Positions 19,377-28,484 of a DNA stretch of 64,000 nucleotides are shown piece after piece (the first letter of the stretch is position 1; every line of letters begins with the position of its first letter). The notes beneath the pieces are model-generated. The model did not search any database, had not been told where the DNA came from, and saw nothing but the letters and a program-made list of their open reading frames with translations. A program made the position numbers and the translations under genes. This DNA comes from a virus, in IMG/VR virus record IMGVR_UViG_2974791188_000001, positions 5,603 to 69,602 of that record. The stretch is one strand, 5' to 3'.

Positions 19377-20856
19377 TGGGTCTGTGAATTTCCCGGCTGG
19401 CGCTTTCCCGGTCGGCGCGGGTGGCGCTGCTCGGGCACGCATGGAGAACCGCAATGAGGGTGTTGTTAAGGGCCTTCTTAAGGGCGATTACAAGCCTGAG
19501 GTTGATGAGGCTTTCGAGGGGTTCAACACTGGCTTTGCTGGTGTCTTGCAGCGCATGCTTACGGGGTCTGGGTCGGGACCTTTGTCGTCGGGACTGTCGT
19601 TTGTGCGGGATCTGTTGTCCCTTCGGTGGGCGCAGGTCGACACGCACGATGTGGATATTGAGATCACGCGTCGTATCGCTATGTCGGCGCAGTCTCAGCT
19701 ACAGGACATTGCGAACAACATTGAAGATCCAACCGGCCAGTTCAACGGCATGCAGTGGTCGACAGTGTTCGGCGGCGTGGTGGGTTCGCCTCTGGCTACG
19801 GCCGACTGGGGCGGTCCTGGCTCCCTCGTGGTGCGCACTGAGGCTGGCTATGTCGGTCCCGCGTCGGGCCTGCCGGACGGTGTGCATCACGCCTTCACTA
19901 CGCGGACGTTCAACACGGACTGGCAATCGGTGTCGGTGGTTGTCGGTACGTCGGTGTCGCGTGGCGGCAGTCTCTCGTCGGCGATGTTCTGCCGTTGCAA
20001 CGAGGACATGACTTCGGGTGTGTATTGCCGGTTCACGGACAGCCTGATTGATGTGGGCGTGTTTACCCGCACGGGGACGACCCTCACGCCGACGTCGATT
20101 ATTAGTCGAGCGATCACGGTCAAGCAGGGTGACATTATCCGGCTTCGGGTTAACGGACACACCTACAACGTGTTGGTGAATGGCGTTAGCGTTTTCTCGT
20201 TCACGGACCCGAACAGTCGGGCCGCTATTGGTTTGCAGTATCGGACTGCGGGTGTCTCGTGTTTGCGGCATTCGGACTTCTTTGGTCCTACAGATTCTTA
20301 CCGGTTGGCGTCGTTTGCGATGGCTGACTGGCTTCCCCCAGGAGCAGATGTGTCTACCCCTTCTTGGCGTATCCGGCGTGGCGCTACGGGTGCTGCGGCG
20401 CTAACTGTGGCGCATGGCGCGACGGCCCCGATGCCTGACAACTTCTTTACGGTCAATGACCTTTCAGAACAGGTCGGCGTCAACATGACCACGGGTGCGG
20501 TGACGATTCAGGAAACGGGCTGGTATGAGATCACGGCCACGTCGACCAACGTTGATACGAGTGATGCATCGTCGTCTCTGGGCACCCAGGACAACCTTGC
20601 TAACGCTTACCGGCCGTCTCCGTGGGTTATCTACGTTGATGGCACTCCTATTGCGGGTCCGATCATGGCCGGTACGGCTTCGACGGTCTATCTGGTAGCC
20701 GGTCAGGTTGTGCGGACTGGTGTTTCCGCTTCGTGGCCGTTCACCACAACCCTGGTTAGCGAGGGTGGAACTAGCGGTTTCCACTCGTACTCGCGCTCGA
20801 ATATCACTCACGTTAGTGGCGGTCCTGCTGCTTCGTTTACTGGTCGAAAGGTGTAA
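19363..20856 (+). CDS. minor tail protein
   Basis: 497 aa; ATG overlaps upstream stop; Gly/Thr/Ser-rich beta composition. Confidence 0.55.
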   Translation: MLVPSGSVNFPAGAFPVGAGGAARARMENRNEGVVKGLLKGDYKPEVDEAFEGFNTGFAGVLQRMLTGSGSGPLSSGLSFVRDLLSLRWAQVDTHDVDIEITRRIAMSAQSQLQDIANNIEDPTGQFNGMQWSTVFGGVVGSPLATADWGGPGSLVVRTEAGYVGPASGLPDGVHHAFTTRTFNTDWQSVSVVVGTSVSRGGSLSSAMFCRCNEDMTSGVYCRFTDSLIDVGVFTRTGTTLTPTSIISRAITVKQGDIIRLRVNGHTYNVLVNGVSVFSFTDPNSRAAIGLQYRTAGVSCLRHSDFFGPTDSYRLASFAMADWLPPGADVSTPSWRIRRGATGAAALTVAHGATAPMPDNFFTVNDLSEQVGVNMTTGAVTIQETGWYEITATSTNVDTSDASSSLGTQDNLANAYRPSPWVIYVDGTPIAGPIMAGTASTVYLVAGQVVRTGVSASWPFTTTLVSEGGTSGFHSYSRSNITHVSGGPAASFTGRKV

Positions 20857-20863
20857 GCCCCTA

Positions 20864-21058
20864 ATGGCTAACAGTACTTCTTTCACTCTCCCCGATTTGC
20901 CTGATGTGACGTTCGAGGTTTCGCGCGGGGCTACGGCTGATCCGTATTCGTCGTCTAACACGATCACAATTATTGGCACCAAGCCTGGTATTGCTACCGA
21001 GGATAACCCTAGCCCGGATCGGCTTGTGGTTATCGAGTTGGCTTTCGCTGGGCCGTAA
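20864..21058 (+). CDS. hypothetical small protein
   Basis: 64 aa; ATG 8 nt after upstream stop. Confidence 0.35.
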   Translation: MANSTSFTLPDLPDVTFEVSRGATADPYSSSNTITIIGTKPGIATEDNPSPDRLVVIELAFAGP

Positions 21059-21076
21059 AATTGGAGGGGTTCCGTT

Positions 21077-21385
21077 ATGGCTAACCTTGGATATGACCCC
21101 ATGAAGGGGAAGATTCTTCTTAGTAAGGGTGCCGATTGGGTTTGCACTCTCAGTACGGGTGATGTGTGGCCTGCCGGTACCACAGTGTGGGCGCAGGTTG
21201 GGGATCTCGCGCCGTGGAATGCGGCGGTCACCGAGTCGACGGGCACTGCGGCGTTCCGGGTGGAGTCGACGATCACTGACGAGGTTGAGGACCGCACCCC
21301 GTACACGATCTATCTGCGTTTCCCTGGCTCTCCTTCCACCGAGTTTGCGTGGTTTGAGGATCAGGTTCGACGCACACGTAAGTGA
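21077..21385 (+). CDS. hypothetical protein (tail region)
   Basis: 102-aa ORF. Confidence 0.45.
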   Translation: MANLGYDPMKGKILLSKGADWVCTLSTGDVWPAGTTVWAQVGDLAPWNAAVTESTGTAAFRVESTITDEVEDRTPYTIYLRFPGSPSTEFAWFEDQVRRTRK

Positions 21386-21392
21386 GGCTGTG

Positions 21393-22523
21393 ATGACTTT
21401 CCTTACGGGCACGGTCAATGTGTCGTCTCCGGGCGGCCCGTCGTGGTCTGTGCGTTCCCCTGCTGGTAGCTCGGTGAACGTTTCTCCGGCCACTCCGGGT
21501 CCTCCGGGGCCGAAGGGCGACCAGGGTATCCAGGGGCCGGTTGGCCCTAAGGGCGACAGTGTGGTTGGCCCTAAGGGCGATGCGGGACCTAAGGGCGACA
21601 AGGGTGATCCGGGTGATGTTTCACTCGCGCAACTCGATTCCGGTCTCGCTACCAAGGTGTCCAAGAGTGCGACCAACAACTCCGTGTATGGCACGGACGG
21701 TTCGGGTGTGGACCGCATGTGGCTTATCGCTTCGGGGGTCACTGGCGGATCGCTCGCATTGCGTGGCACTGGCGGTGTGCTCTCGGTTGCTGAGCCGACC
21801 GCGACCACCCACGCGACCACCAAGAACTATGTCGACACCGGCCTAGCTGCCAAGGAATCTGCGGCCAACAAGGGTGTGGCTAATGGTTACGCCTCGCTGG
21901 ATTCTGGCGGCAAAGTTCCGATCACGCAGCTCCCGTCTTCGATCATGGAGTACAAGGGCGTTTGGAACGCTGCCACGAACACTCCTGCTCTCGCGGATGC
22001 TAGCGGCGGGCGGGACCAGGGCGACGTATACCGGGTCACTACTGCGGGCACACGAAACTTGGGTTCGGGCAATATCGAGTTCGCGGTGGGCGACTATGTC
22101 ATCTACAACGGCACGACATGGGAGAAGTCCGACACCACGGATGCTGTTGCGAGTGTCGCCGGTAAGACGGGTGTTGTCACGCTCGTTAAGGGCGATGTGG
22201 GCCTTGGGAACGTGGACAACACCTCTGACGCCAATAAGCCTGTATCTACTGCTACGCAGACGGCTTTGAATAGCAAGGTCAATGTGTTGCCTACGCCTTG
22301 GCTGCTTTATGCGACCGACGCCTCCGGCCTGACAGGGATGCAGTATTCCGCTAACGACTGGGCTGCGTGGACGATTGTGCAGCGCGGCGAGAATGGTGTG
22401 GTCAAGGCTGGTACTCCGGTGGCTAATAACGATGCGGCCACTAAGGCTTACGTCGATTCCAAGGTTGTGTTTGGTGCGCTGCCCCCGACCGGGCAGGCTG
22501 GCGTCTTGTACGTGGTGCCGTAA
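21393..22523 (+). CDS. minor tail protein with collagen-like Gly-X-Y repeats
   Basis: GPPGPKGDQGIQGPVGPKGDSVVGPKGDAGPKGDKGDPGD run; ATG 21393 in frame of longer ORF. Confidence 0.65.
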   Translation: MTFLTGTVNVSSPGGPSWSVRSPAGSSVNVSPATPGPPGPKGDQGIQGPVGPKGDSVVGPKGDAGPKGDKGDPGDVSLAQLDSGLATKVSKSATNNSVYGTDGSGVDRMWLIASGVTGGSLALRGTGGVLSVAEPTATTHATTKNYVDTGLAAKESAANKGVANGYASLDSGGKVPITQLPSSIMEYKGVWNAATNTPALADASGGRDQGDVYRVTTAGTRNLGSGNIEFAVGDYVIYNGTTWEKSDTTDAVASVAGKTGVVTLVKGDVGLGNVDNTSDANKPVSTATQTALNSKVNVLPTPWLLYATDASGLTGMQYSANDWAAWTIVQRGENGVVKAGTPVANNDAATKAYVDSKVVFGALPPTGQAGVLYVVP

Positions 22524-23242
22524 TGGCCCTTAAGCACTGGAATGGTACGGCTTTTGTCGATCCGTCCCAGTACAGGGTGTGGAATGGGTCTGCTTTCGTG
22601 GCCCCCTCGGGGATCTACGAATGGGATGGTGCGCAGTTCGTTAAGCGCTGGCCGACCTACCAGGAATCGGTCCACCTGTTCACTACGACTGGCTCGTCCT
22701 CGTTGCCTATCCCGTCGTGGGCGCGGTACGCGGATGTGGCTGTGATCGGTGGCGGCGGTGGCGGCGGTGGACGTGGATCGTTCACCACGAACATCGGCAA
22801 GGGCGGCAACGCTTCGGTGTGGAACGCTTCGACGTTCGATCTGCTCGGTAACACCGCTACATCGGTTCTGGTCGTTGTCGGCTCCGGTGGGGCTGCTGGA
22901 CCTAACAGCAGTCCTTACAACGGCTCTGCGGGCGGTACGTCGTCTGTGGCGCTCAACAACGACCCGACCAACCTGTTCTCGTCCGTGGGCGGTTCTGGCG
23001 GGCAGGGGCAGACCGGTGCGCCGGTCACTCCTGGCGGCTCGTCTGCGGGCATTACGACCTCGTTTGGCATCACGTTGCCTGGCGGCACGGGTGGTGCTGG
23101 CGGTACGGGTTCGATCGCCCCGACCGACGGTGAGGCTCCGGGAGCTGGTGGCGGTGGAGCTGGTGGCGGTGCGGTGAATCCGTCTCGTGCTGGCGGTGGT
23201 GGCGCGGTTGGCCGCGTGTATGTCCGCTTCCGGACTGGCTAA
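22523..23242 (+). CDS. glycine-rich minor tail / fibre protein
   Basis: 239 aa with poly-Gly tracts (GGGGGGGRG; GGTGGAGGTGS; GAGGGGAGGGA). Confidence 0.55.
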   Translation: MALKHWNGTAFVDPSQYRVWNGSAFVAPSGIYEWDGAQFVKRWPTYQESVHLFTTTGSSSLPIPSWARYADVAVIGGGGGGGGRGSFTTNIGKGGNASVWNASTFDLLGNTATSVLVVVGSGGAAGPNSSPYNGSAGGTSSVALNNDPTNLFSSVGGSGGQGQTGAPVTPGGSSAGITTSFGITLPGGTGGAGGTGSIAPTDGEAPGAGGGGAGGGAVNPSRAGGGGAVGRVYVRFRTG

Positions 23243-23284
23243 GTATTTCTTCCCCTTCGGGGGCTTTCCCTTAAGGGGTTTTCA

Positions 23285-24004
23285 ATGTTTAAAAAGACTC
23301 TCCCTTATACTGCTTCGATCATTAAGCAGGACACCTATTACTGGTGTGGGCCTGCCACGGTGCAGAACATCTCTTCGTCTCGCAAGTTTGTTGGCGAACC
23401 GGCGTTGGCTAAGGAGATGGGCACCACGGTTAACGGCACGAACCATATCGGCTTGCTGGCTAAGGCACTGCATAAGCATCTGGGGATCTTGTACGCCACG
23501 GTGCTTATCGGCGGCGCTGACGCCACGGTCAAGCAGCGGGACAAGTTGTGGGCGGATCTTAAGGCGTCTGTTGATGGCGGATATGGCGTCGCCATGAACT
23601 GGGTTGCTCCCCCTAATGGATACCCTAAGGGTGTTCTGGGGTCGCGTAACCCGTCGTATGGCGGCGGCACTGTCTACCACTATGTGGCGGCTATGGGGTA
23701 TGCCGAGGAGAACGGTAAGCGTTATGTGCTGATCGTTGACTCGGGGTTCTCCCCGTATAGCTATTGGGTGACGCTGGAACAGTGCGCCACGCTGATCGCG
23801 GGCAAGGGCTACGCCTATGCGGTGGTCCCGGTTCGGGACGATCTTGAGGCTAAGCCGGTTACCGATTTTGTTAAGGCATTCCTGGGGCCGTTGGCTTCGG
23901 ACGTCAAGGATATTCGGGGCCAGTTGGTGACTGCTTGGAAGCAGCTCGGGGGCCGCACTGTTGTGGACGGCCTGGCTGATACGCGGGGGTTGCTCGGTGG
24001 TTGA
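23285..24004 (+). CDS. endolysin component, papain-like cysteine peptidase domain (Lysin A-like)
   Basis: YYWCGPATVQ (Cys) ... GGTVYHYVAAMGY (His) typical of C39/NlpC-like peptidases; C-terminal module shared with next gene. Confidence 0.65.
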   Translation: MFKKTLPYTASIIKQDTYYWCGPATVQNISSSRKFVGEPALAKEMGTTVNGTNHIGLLAKALHKHLGILYATVLIGGADATVKQRDKLWADLKASVDGGYGVAMNWVAPPNGYPKGVLGSRNPSYGGGTVYHYVAAMGYAEENGKRYVLIVDSGFSPYSYWVTLEQCATLIAGKGYAYAVVPVRDDLEAKPVTDFVKAFLGPLASDVKDIRGQLVTAWKQLGGRTVVDGLADTRGLLGG

Positions 24005-24812
24005 GTCTTCGATCACCCGGACCCAGATTTCACCGAACAAGCATTACGGGGGCCGGGACGTCGACTGGGTTGTGATCCACACTCAGGAGGGCAATGGGCG
24101 GGCGCGGGACATTATCCCGTTCTTGTGCAACCCGGCGTCTCAGGTGTCCTACAACGCGGTTGTTGACGATGTGGAGTCGGTGCTTGTGGTGCCGTGGGAT
24201 GCCAACCCGTGGGCGGCGTCCAACGCTAACTCCAGGGGCGACCATCTACTTTCGGCCGGCTCTTTCGCTAAGTGGTCTAAGGCTAAGTGGCTTGAGACGG
24301 ATGCGCGTGACGGCAAGAACGAGAACGCGCAGATGGATCGGCTGGCGTTGCTGACGGCGTGGCGGTGCAAGGTTCGGGGTATCCCCCCGGTGTATGTGGG
24401 CGGCAAGGGCCGTCCTTCTAAGCCCGGTATTTGCGGGCATGTCGACTTTGGCGCTTGGGGTGGTGGTCATACCGACCCTGGGCCGAACTTTCCCTGGATC
24501 GAGTTCATTAAGCGCGTCCAGGACTTCTACTACGGTGAGGATTTTGATATGGCCGCTAAGGACGAAGTTATCAACTTCATTAAGAGCTTCGTCGGGCCGA
24601 TCGTGTCCGACGTTAAGGACATTCGTCAGCAGCTCACGGGTGGCCGTGACTATGGCGAGTATCCGGGCTGGAAGCAGCTCGGGCAGAACGCTAAGGGCGA
24701 GAACTTCACGATCGTTGACTCGTTGGCGGATACCCGTCAGCGGGTGATCGGCTTGGTGGATCTTGTTAAGGGTTTGGAGGCGCGGGTCTCCAAGTTGGAA
24801 GGTGGTAAGTGA
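23997..24812 (+). CDS. endolysin component, N-acetylmuramoyl-L-alanine amidase (amidase_2/PGRP)
   Basis: WVVIHTQEG ... GICGHVDFGAWGGGHTDPGPNFPW zinc-amidase motifs; GTG start in GTGGTTGA overlap. Confidence 0.75.
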   Translation: MVESSITRTQISPNKHYGGRDVDWVVIHTQEGNGRARDIIPFLCNPASQVSYNAVVDDVESVLVVPWDANPWAASNANSRGDHLLSAGSFAKWSKAKWLETDARDGKNENAQMDRLALLTAWRCKVRGIPPVYVGGKGRPSKPGICGHVDFGAWGGGHTDPGPNFPWIEFIKRVQDFYYGEDFDMAAKDEVINFIKSFVGPIVSDVKDIRQQLTGGRDYGEYPGWKQLGQNAKGENFTIVDSLADTRQRVIGLVDLVKGLEARVSKLEGGK

Positions 24813-25042
24813 TGGCTACTCAGGTTGAGCATCCTCGTCGGGCTGTTGTTCGGACGGTGTTCCAGGTTGTGATTGCCTTGGCGGCTGCGTTGCCCCTCAT
24901 TGTTGTGGCGTCGGGTGTTCCGGCGACTGCGGCTGGTGTGGGTGTGGCGTTGGCTGTTGCGGCTGGTGTTACTCGGGTGATGGCGCTGCCCGTGGTCAAT
25001 GATCTGATTGACCAGTATGTGCCTTGGTTGCGCACTGAGTGA
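24809..25042 (+). CDS. holin-like membrane protein
   Basis: 77 aa, two hydrophobic segments, directly after lysins. Confidence 0.5.
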   Translation: MMATQVEHPRRAVVRTVFQVVIALAAALPLIVVASGVPATAAGVGVALAVAAGVTRVMALPVVNDLIDQYVPWLRTE

Positions 25043-25413
25043 TTGAGCAAGTCGATCTGACGAGTGGTGGATGGTCCTCGATCATTCTGGTTGTGGGGTT
25101 CTTCTTCGCGGCTTTGGCTTCGGGGTTCATCCACTACTTGTACAAGAAGACGTCTCGTCTCCAAGCTGATTACGAGTCCTTGCGCCTGGACATGGAGAAG
25201 CTTAAGGAAGAGTCGCGGAAGCAGGAAGAGCGGCACCGGCAGGACCGTGAGAGCGACTACCGCATGATTAACCGCTTGCAGAATTTCATTGTGGACTTGC
25301 AGGTGTATGCGGCCCGGTTGCGGGGCATGCTTGCTGAGAAGGGTCAGGCTTCGCCTGTTCCTCCCGTGTTGGACGATGTTGACCTTGACCCTAAGGAGCT
25401 GGTCACCCCTTAA
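25039..25413 (+). CDS. membrane protein with coiled coil (holin/spanin-like)
   Basis: N-terminal TM then charged heptad-like region (LRLDMEKLKEESRKQEERHRQ). Confidence 0.45.
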   Translation: MIEQVDLTSGGWSSIILVVGFFFAALASGFIHYLYKKTSRLQADYESLRLDMEKLKEESRKQEERHRQDRESDYRMINRLQNFIVDLQVYAARLRGMLAEKGQASPVPPVLDDVDLDPKELVTP

Positions 25414-25418
25414 TACAG

Positions 25419-25466
25419 AACACCCCCTAGTTGGCCCTGAGTGGCCCGCTAGGGGGTGTTTTTTGC
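25419..25466. terminator. rho-independent terminator between convergent operons
   Basis: AACACCCCCTAG ... CTAGGGGGTGTT stem followed by TTTTT. Confidence 0.7.
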
Positions 25467-25562
25467 GTTTGTGCCTACTTGTGAGAGGACGCACCCCCGA
25501 AGGCTTAAAACGGGAGCTAACCGATTTTGGGTTGCCTCCGGGGATGCCCGCTCACTGTAGCA

Positions 25563-25931
25563 CTAGCCTGCGGCGGCTTCGGATGCCTCGTAGGCTTCCA
25601 TGACGTGCTTGGGGACGCGGCCCTTCTCCGACACGGTGTAGCCGTTGTTGTTGGCCCATGCGCGGACGACGGACAGGTCGAGGCCGGATTCCGAGGACGT
25701 CGAGGCCGGCTTCGGCTTGCTGCCGCCGACCTTGGGTGCGCGGCCGACCTTGGTTGCCCGGTTGATCCACTTGTCCATGTCCTTCTGGAACCGCTCCTGG
25801 TTGGCGGCTCGGAGGTCGAGCTGGTAGGCGGTGCCGTTGACAACGAAGGGGACGGGCGACCACTCCTCGTCCGGGCCGATCATCTTGCCGTCGTAGTCGT
25901 CGGTGATTTCGAGAACTTCTTTGCGTGCCAT
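25563..25931 (-). CDS. lsr2: Lsr2-like nucleoid-associated DNA-bridging protein
   Basis: N-terminal dimerisation-type segment (ITDDYDG...AYQLDL) and C-terminal RGR-type DNA-binding segment (VRAWANNNGYTVSEKGRVPKHVMEAY), colinear with mycobacterial Lsr2. Confidence 0.8.
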   Translation of the reverse strand: MARKEVLEITDDYDGKMIGPDEEWSPVPFVVNGTAYQLDLRAANQERFQKDMDKWINRATKVGRAPKVGGSKPKPASTSSESGLDLSVVRAWANNNGYTVSEKGRVPKHVMEAYEASEAAAG

Positions 25932-25942
25932 GTGGTCTTACC

Positions 25943-26221
25943 TCATTTCTTCATCTGAGCGGCTGCTTGGAACCATGAGTCTCTGCGCTGTCGTTCGAGG
26001 TTTGCGTAGATGAGTGCTTCGGCTTCGGTGCCGCCCGCGTTGCGGATCTTCTGTAGGTCTTGCTTGTGCTGTTCCTCTTCGCCCACCTTCACCAGCTTGA
26101 AGAAGCCGATGAGCAGTGAGACGGCGATGAGGAGGAATCCGATCCCGGCGAGCGTCGGTGCCACGGACATGCCGATGACGATGCACGCGATACCGACGAG
26201 GAAAGTGACGAAGGTCTTCAT
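25943..26221 (-). CDS. small membrane protein
   Basis: 92 aa with two TM segments. Confidence 0.5.
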   Translation of the reverse strand: MKTFVTFLVGIACIVIGMSVAPTLAGIGFLLIAVSLLIGFFKLVKVGEEEQHKQDLQKIRNAGGTEAEALIYANLERQRRDSWFQAAAQMKK

Positions 26222-26242
26222 GCCGGGAACCTTAACACCCGC

Positions 26243-26635
26243 TTAGGGCTTTAGGCCCAGAGTTTGCTTCAGCTCGGTTACGGCGACGTGATAGCCGTAC
26301 CGTTCGCCTTCGCCATCGACTACCTTCGGGTAGGGGGTGTTGATGAACTCTCGCACCTGGTCAAGCACGGTTTTCTGGCCGGTCTTAGCCAAGTGGAACT
26401 CGATGCCCGCGAGGAAGCCGTCGATATACATGGCGACGGCATTTGCTCCCTCTCGTGTCGACATGGGATCGCTGGTGCCGAGGTTCTTACCGACACGTTC
26501 GAGTGCTGTTTGCACGAGGGCTTCTGGGTCGACGTGTTCGGAGATCGTTTTGTGAAGATCCGGGTCGCTGCCCGTGGGTGGGCTGTTGATGGCTTGTTTG
26601 AGCCACCACGCGTCCACGCGGTTGTCGTTGCTCAT
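26243..26635 (-). CDS. hypothetical protein
   Basis: 130-aa ORF in leftward cassette. Confidence 0.5.
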   Translation of the reverse strand: MSNDNRVDAWWLKQAINSPPTGSDPDLHKTISEHVDPEALVQTALERVGKNLGTSDPMSTREGANAVAMYIDGFLAGIEFHLAKTGQKTVLDQVREFINTPYPKVVDGEGERYGYHVAVTELKQTLGLKP

Positions 26636-26769
26636 GGTGTTGCTCCCGTTTTGTTGGTGATGGGGGGAAGTCCCACCACCGACTATACACAGGGAACGTA
26701 TCGAGCGCTACTCGGATAAGAAAGAAGTTTTATAGATTTCTATATCCGCTTAGCTTAGTGGCTTAGCGC

Positions 26770-27543
26770 TTAGCCGTTATCGTTTTGGCCGGCTGACCAC
26801 TCTTCGGGGACGTTGTCGGGGATCACTAGTGGCTTAGCGAATGCCCGGTAGGACAGTCGGGACGCGGTGTACATGAGGGTGCTGATGATGATGAGGGTTG
26901 AGGCGAGGACTGCGTAGTACTGGGGGCTGGTGCTGATGCAGGGGAAGATTGCTGCGGCGAGGTTGACGGCTGAGCCGGTGATCCATGTTGCGCCTACTCC
27001 GAAGAAGCAGAGTGCGATCTTGCGGGCGGTGGTGCCTTTGTGGCTGACGCTGCGGATCTGCAAGGCGATCTGACAGGTGATGCCAGCGAAGTAGGTGATG
27101 GCTGCGGTTATGGCGAGTTGGTTGACGAAGTGGATCTCGAATGGGCCGAGGTAGGCGGACCAGGAGATGGCTAAGGCTAGGTAGATGACGCTCTGGGTGC
27201 GCTTGCGTTCGTTGCGGGAGAGTGCCCCGATTGAGGCGAGTAGGTGGATGGACAGTGTTCCGGTGCCGATGAGGACGAAGGCGACTCCGAGTTGGAGGTT
27301 GAGGTGGGGGCGTTCGATCAGTCGGGCGAGGGGGTCGGTGGCGAGTGCGACGAGCGGGGTGTACAGAAACCACGCCAGGGTGGTGGTGAGCAGGGAGATG
27401 GTGAGCCAGCAGCAGTGTGTGCTCTTAAACCATCGTCTGCGCTGGATCAACGCTGCGGCCCCGATCGCGGCGGGGAGTCCGGTGGCAACGGTGATGGCGA
27501 TTGACTGCAATGTCACGTCGATACTTCTTCTCTTGCGGCGCAT
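26770..27543 (-). CDS. polytopic membrane protein (possible superinfection exclusion)
   Basis: 257 aa, around 7 hydrophobic helices; co-oriented with repressor. Confidence 0.5.
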   Translation of the reverse strand: MRRKRRSIDVTLQSIAITVATGLPAAIGAAALIQRRRWFKSTHCCWLTISLLTTTLAWFLYTPLVALATDPLARLIERPHLNLQLGVAFVLIGTGTLSIHLLASIGALSRNERKRTQSVIYLALAISWSAYLGPFEIHFVNQLAITAAITYFAGITCQIALQIRSVSHKGTTARKIALCFFGVGATWITGSAVNLAAAIFPCISTSPQYYAVLASTLIIISTLMYTASRLSYRAFAKPLVIPDNVPEEWSAGQNDNG

Positions 27544-27666
27544 ACAGCGGGGGTTAGACAGAGAAAGAGCACCCAGACCGGGTTAGCAGCCTGGGTGCTC
27601 CGAGGGGAGGAGAACGGTTGGTGCAGTGTAGGTATCGCGCCTTGCGGGCTTTGTGTTACAGCGGGG

Positions 27667-27996
27667 TTACAGCGAGTAGCCGTGGTCCACGTCGGTGTCA
27701 CTCTTCTTCCGCGTGGCGGTTGCCCCCCTCTCTGTCCGGTTGCTGGGGGAAAAATCGGCGTCCCACTGGTCCACCGCTTCGATGACGGTGGCCTTGTCGG
27801 AGTAGCCCATCTCCACGAGGGCTTCGATCTCGTTGAGTCCGAACACGCGCATTGCGCGCATGACCTGGTCTGCGGTGATGGTGCCGTTGTCGCGGTGGGC
27901 GGTGTACTGCGTGCGGCCGAGGCCGACTGCTTCTGCCGCTTCGGCGACGGTGACCCGTCGTAACAGCTTGTAGTGCGCGTATGCCTCGATGCTCAT
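27667..27996 (-). CDS. HTH DNA-binding protein, candidate immunity repressor
   Basis: helix-turn-helix VTVAEAAEAVGLGRTQYTAHRDNG; ATG at 27996 preceded by GAGGAAACGAAAA; divergent from Cro-like gene. Confidence 0.55.
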   Translation of the reverse strand: MSIEAYAHYKLLRRVTVAEAAEAVGLGRTQYTAHRDNGTITADQVMRAMRVFGLNEIEALVEMGYSDKATVIEAVDQWDADFSPSNRTERGATATRKKSDTDVDHGYSL

Positions 27997-28054
27997 TTTT
28001 CGTTTCCTCATGTTGTCGAGCTTACTGCACGGTAGGCCGTGCCACAAGCCCGGT

Positions 28055-28064
28055 TTTCCGAACA
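28055..28064. promoter_or_regulatory. candidate operator half (TTTCCGAACA)
   Basis: exact inverted copy TGTTCGGAAA at 28150-28159 and a CCCGAACA copy at 28160-28167, all in the repressor/cro divergent intergenic region. Confidence 0.4.
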
Positions 28065-28149
28065 ATTTTGTGACTTGTTACCTGGGTTACGAAACGGTGT
28101 CTGACCAGCGTTTACCCGCCGTTTACCCCGACCGGTCAGCCGTGAAACA

Positions 28150-28167
28150 TGTTCGGAAACCCGAACA
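28150..28167. promoter_or_regulatory. candidate operator (inverted and direct copies of CCGAACA motif)
   Basis: see 28055. Confidence 0.4.
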
Positions 28168-28271
28168 GGGTCCTTGCGCCGCCGAACGACCCGGCCGTAG
28201 TGTCCTCAACCGTGAGCAGCACCACGGCGGCCAGGACGGCCGGAACGAAAGCCCAAAACCCCAGCTACGCA

Positions 28272-28484
28272 ATGGCTCTCGACTACAAACAAATCAACAA
28301 CCTGATGCAGGTCGCTGAAATTCCCAGCATCACCCGTCTCGCCAAGACCTCCGGTGTAAGCCGGACTGTCCTCACCGAGTTTATGGATGGCAAGCCCGGT
28401 GTCTCCGCTAAGACGGTCGGCGCGCTTGCCGGTGCTCTTGGCACCTACCCCGACCGAATAGCTCGCTGGATGCGTGCAGCATAA
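28272..28484 (+). CDS. Cro-like HTH (XRE-family) protein
   Basis: 70 aa; HTH ITRLAKTSGVSRTVLTEFMDG; divergent from repressor; the longer ORF from 28149 runs through the operator region and is rejected. Confidence 0.55.
   Translation: MALDYKQINNLMQVAEIPSITRLAKTSGVSRTVLTEFMDGKPGVSAKTVGALAGALGTYPDRIARWMRAA

Noticed and set aside
21480-21620. DNA-level periodic repeats that could be mistaken for a CRISPR-like or tandem-repeat array
   Set aside because: They are the coding Gly-X-Y triplets of a collagen-like protein (9-nt periodicity, in frame), not spacer-repeat units. No CRISPR array seen anywhere.
25552-25863. Plus/minus alternative ORFs overlapping the Lsr2 gene (for example 25527..25958 plus strand)
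   Set aside because: Gly/Arg/Ala-rich antisense or out-of-frame translations; the Lsr2 frame has clear family-level similarity.
28149-28484. Long version of the Cro-like ORF starting at ATG 28149
   Set aside because: The N-terminal 41 residues are Pro/Ser/Thr/Ala junk running through the operator-like inverted repeats; ATG 28272 gives a compact 70-aa HTH protein.
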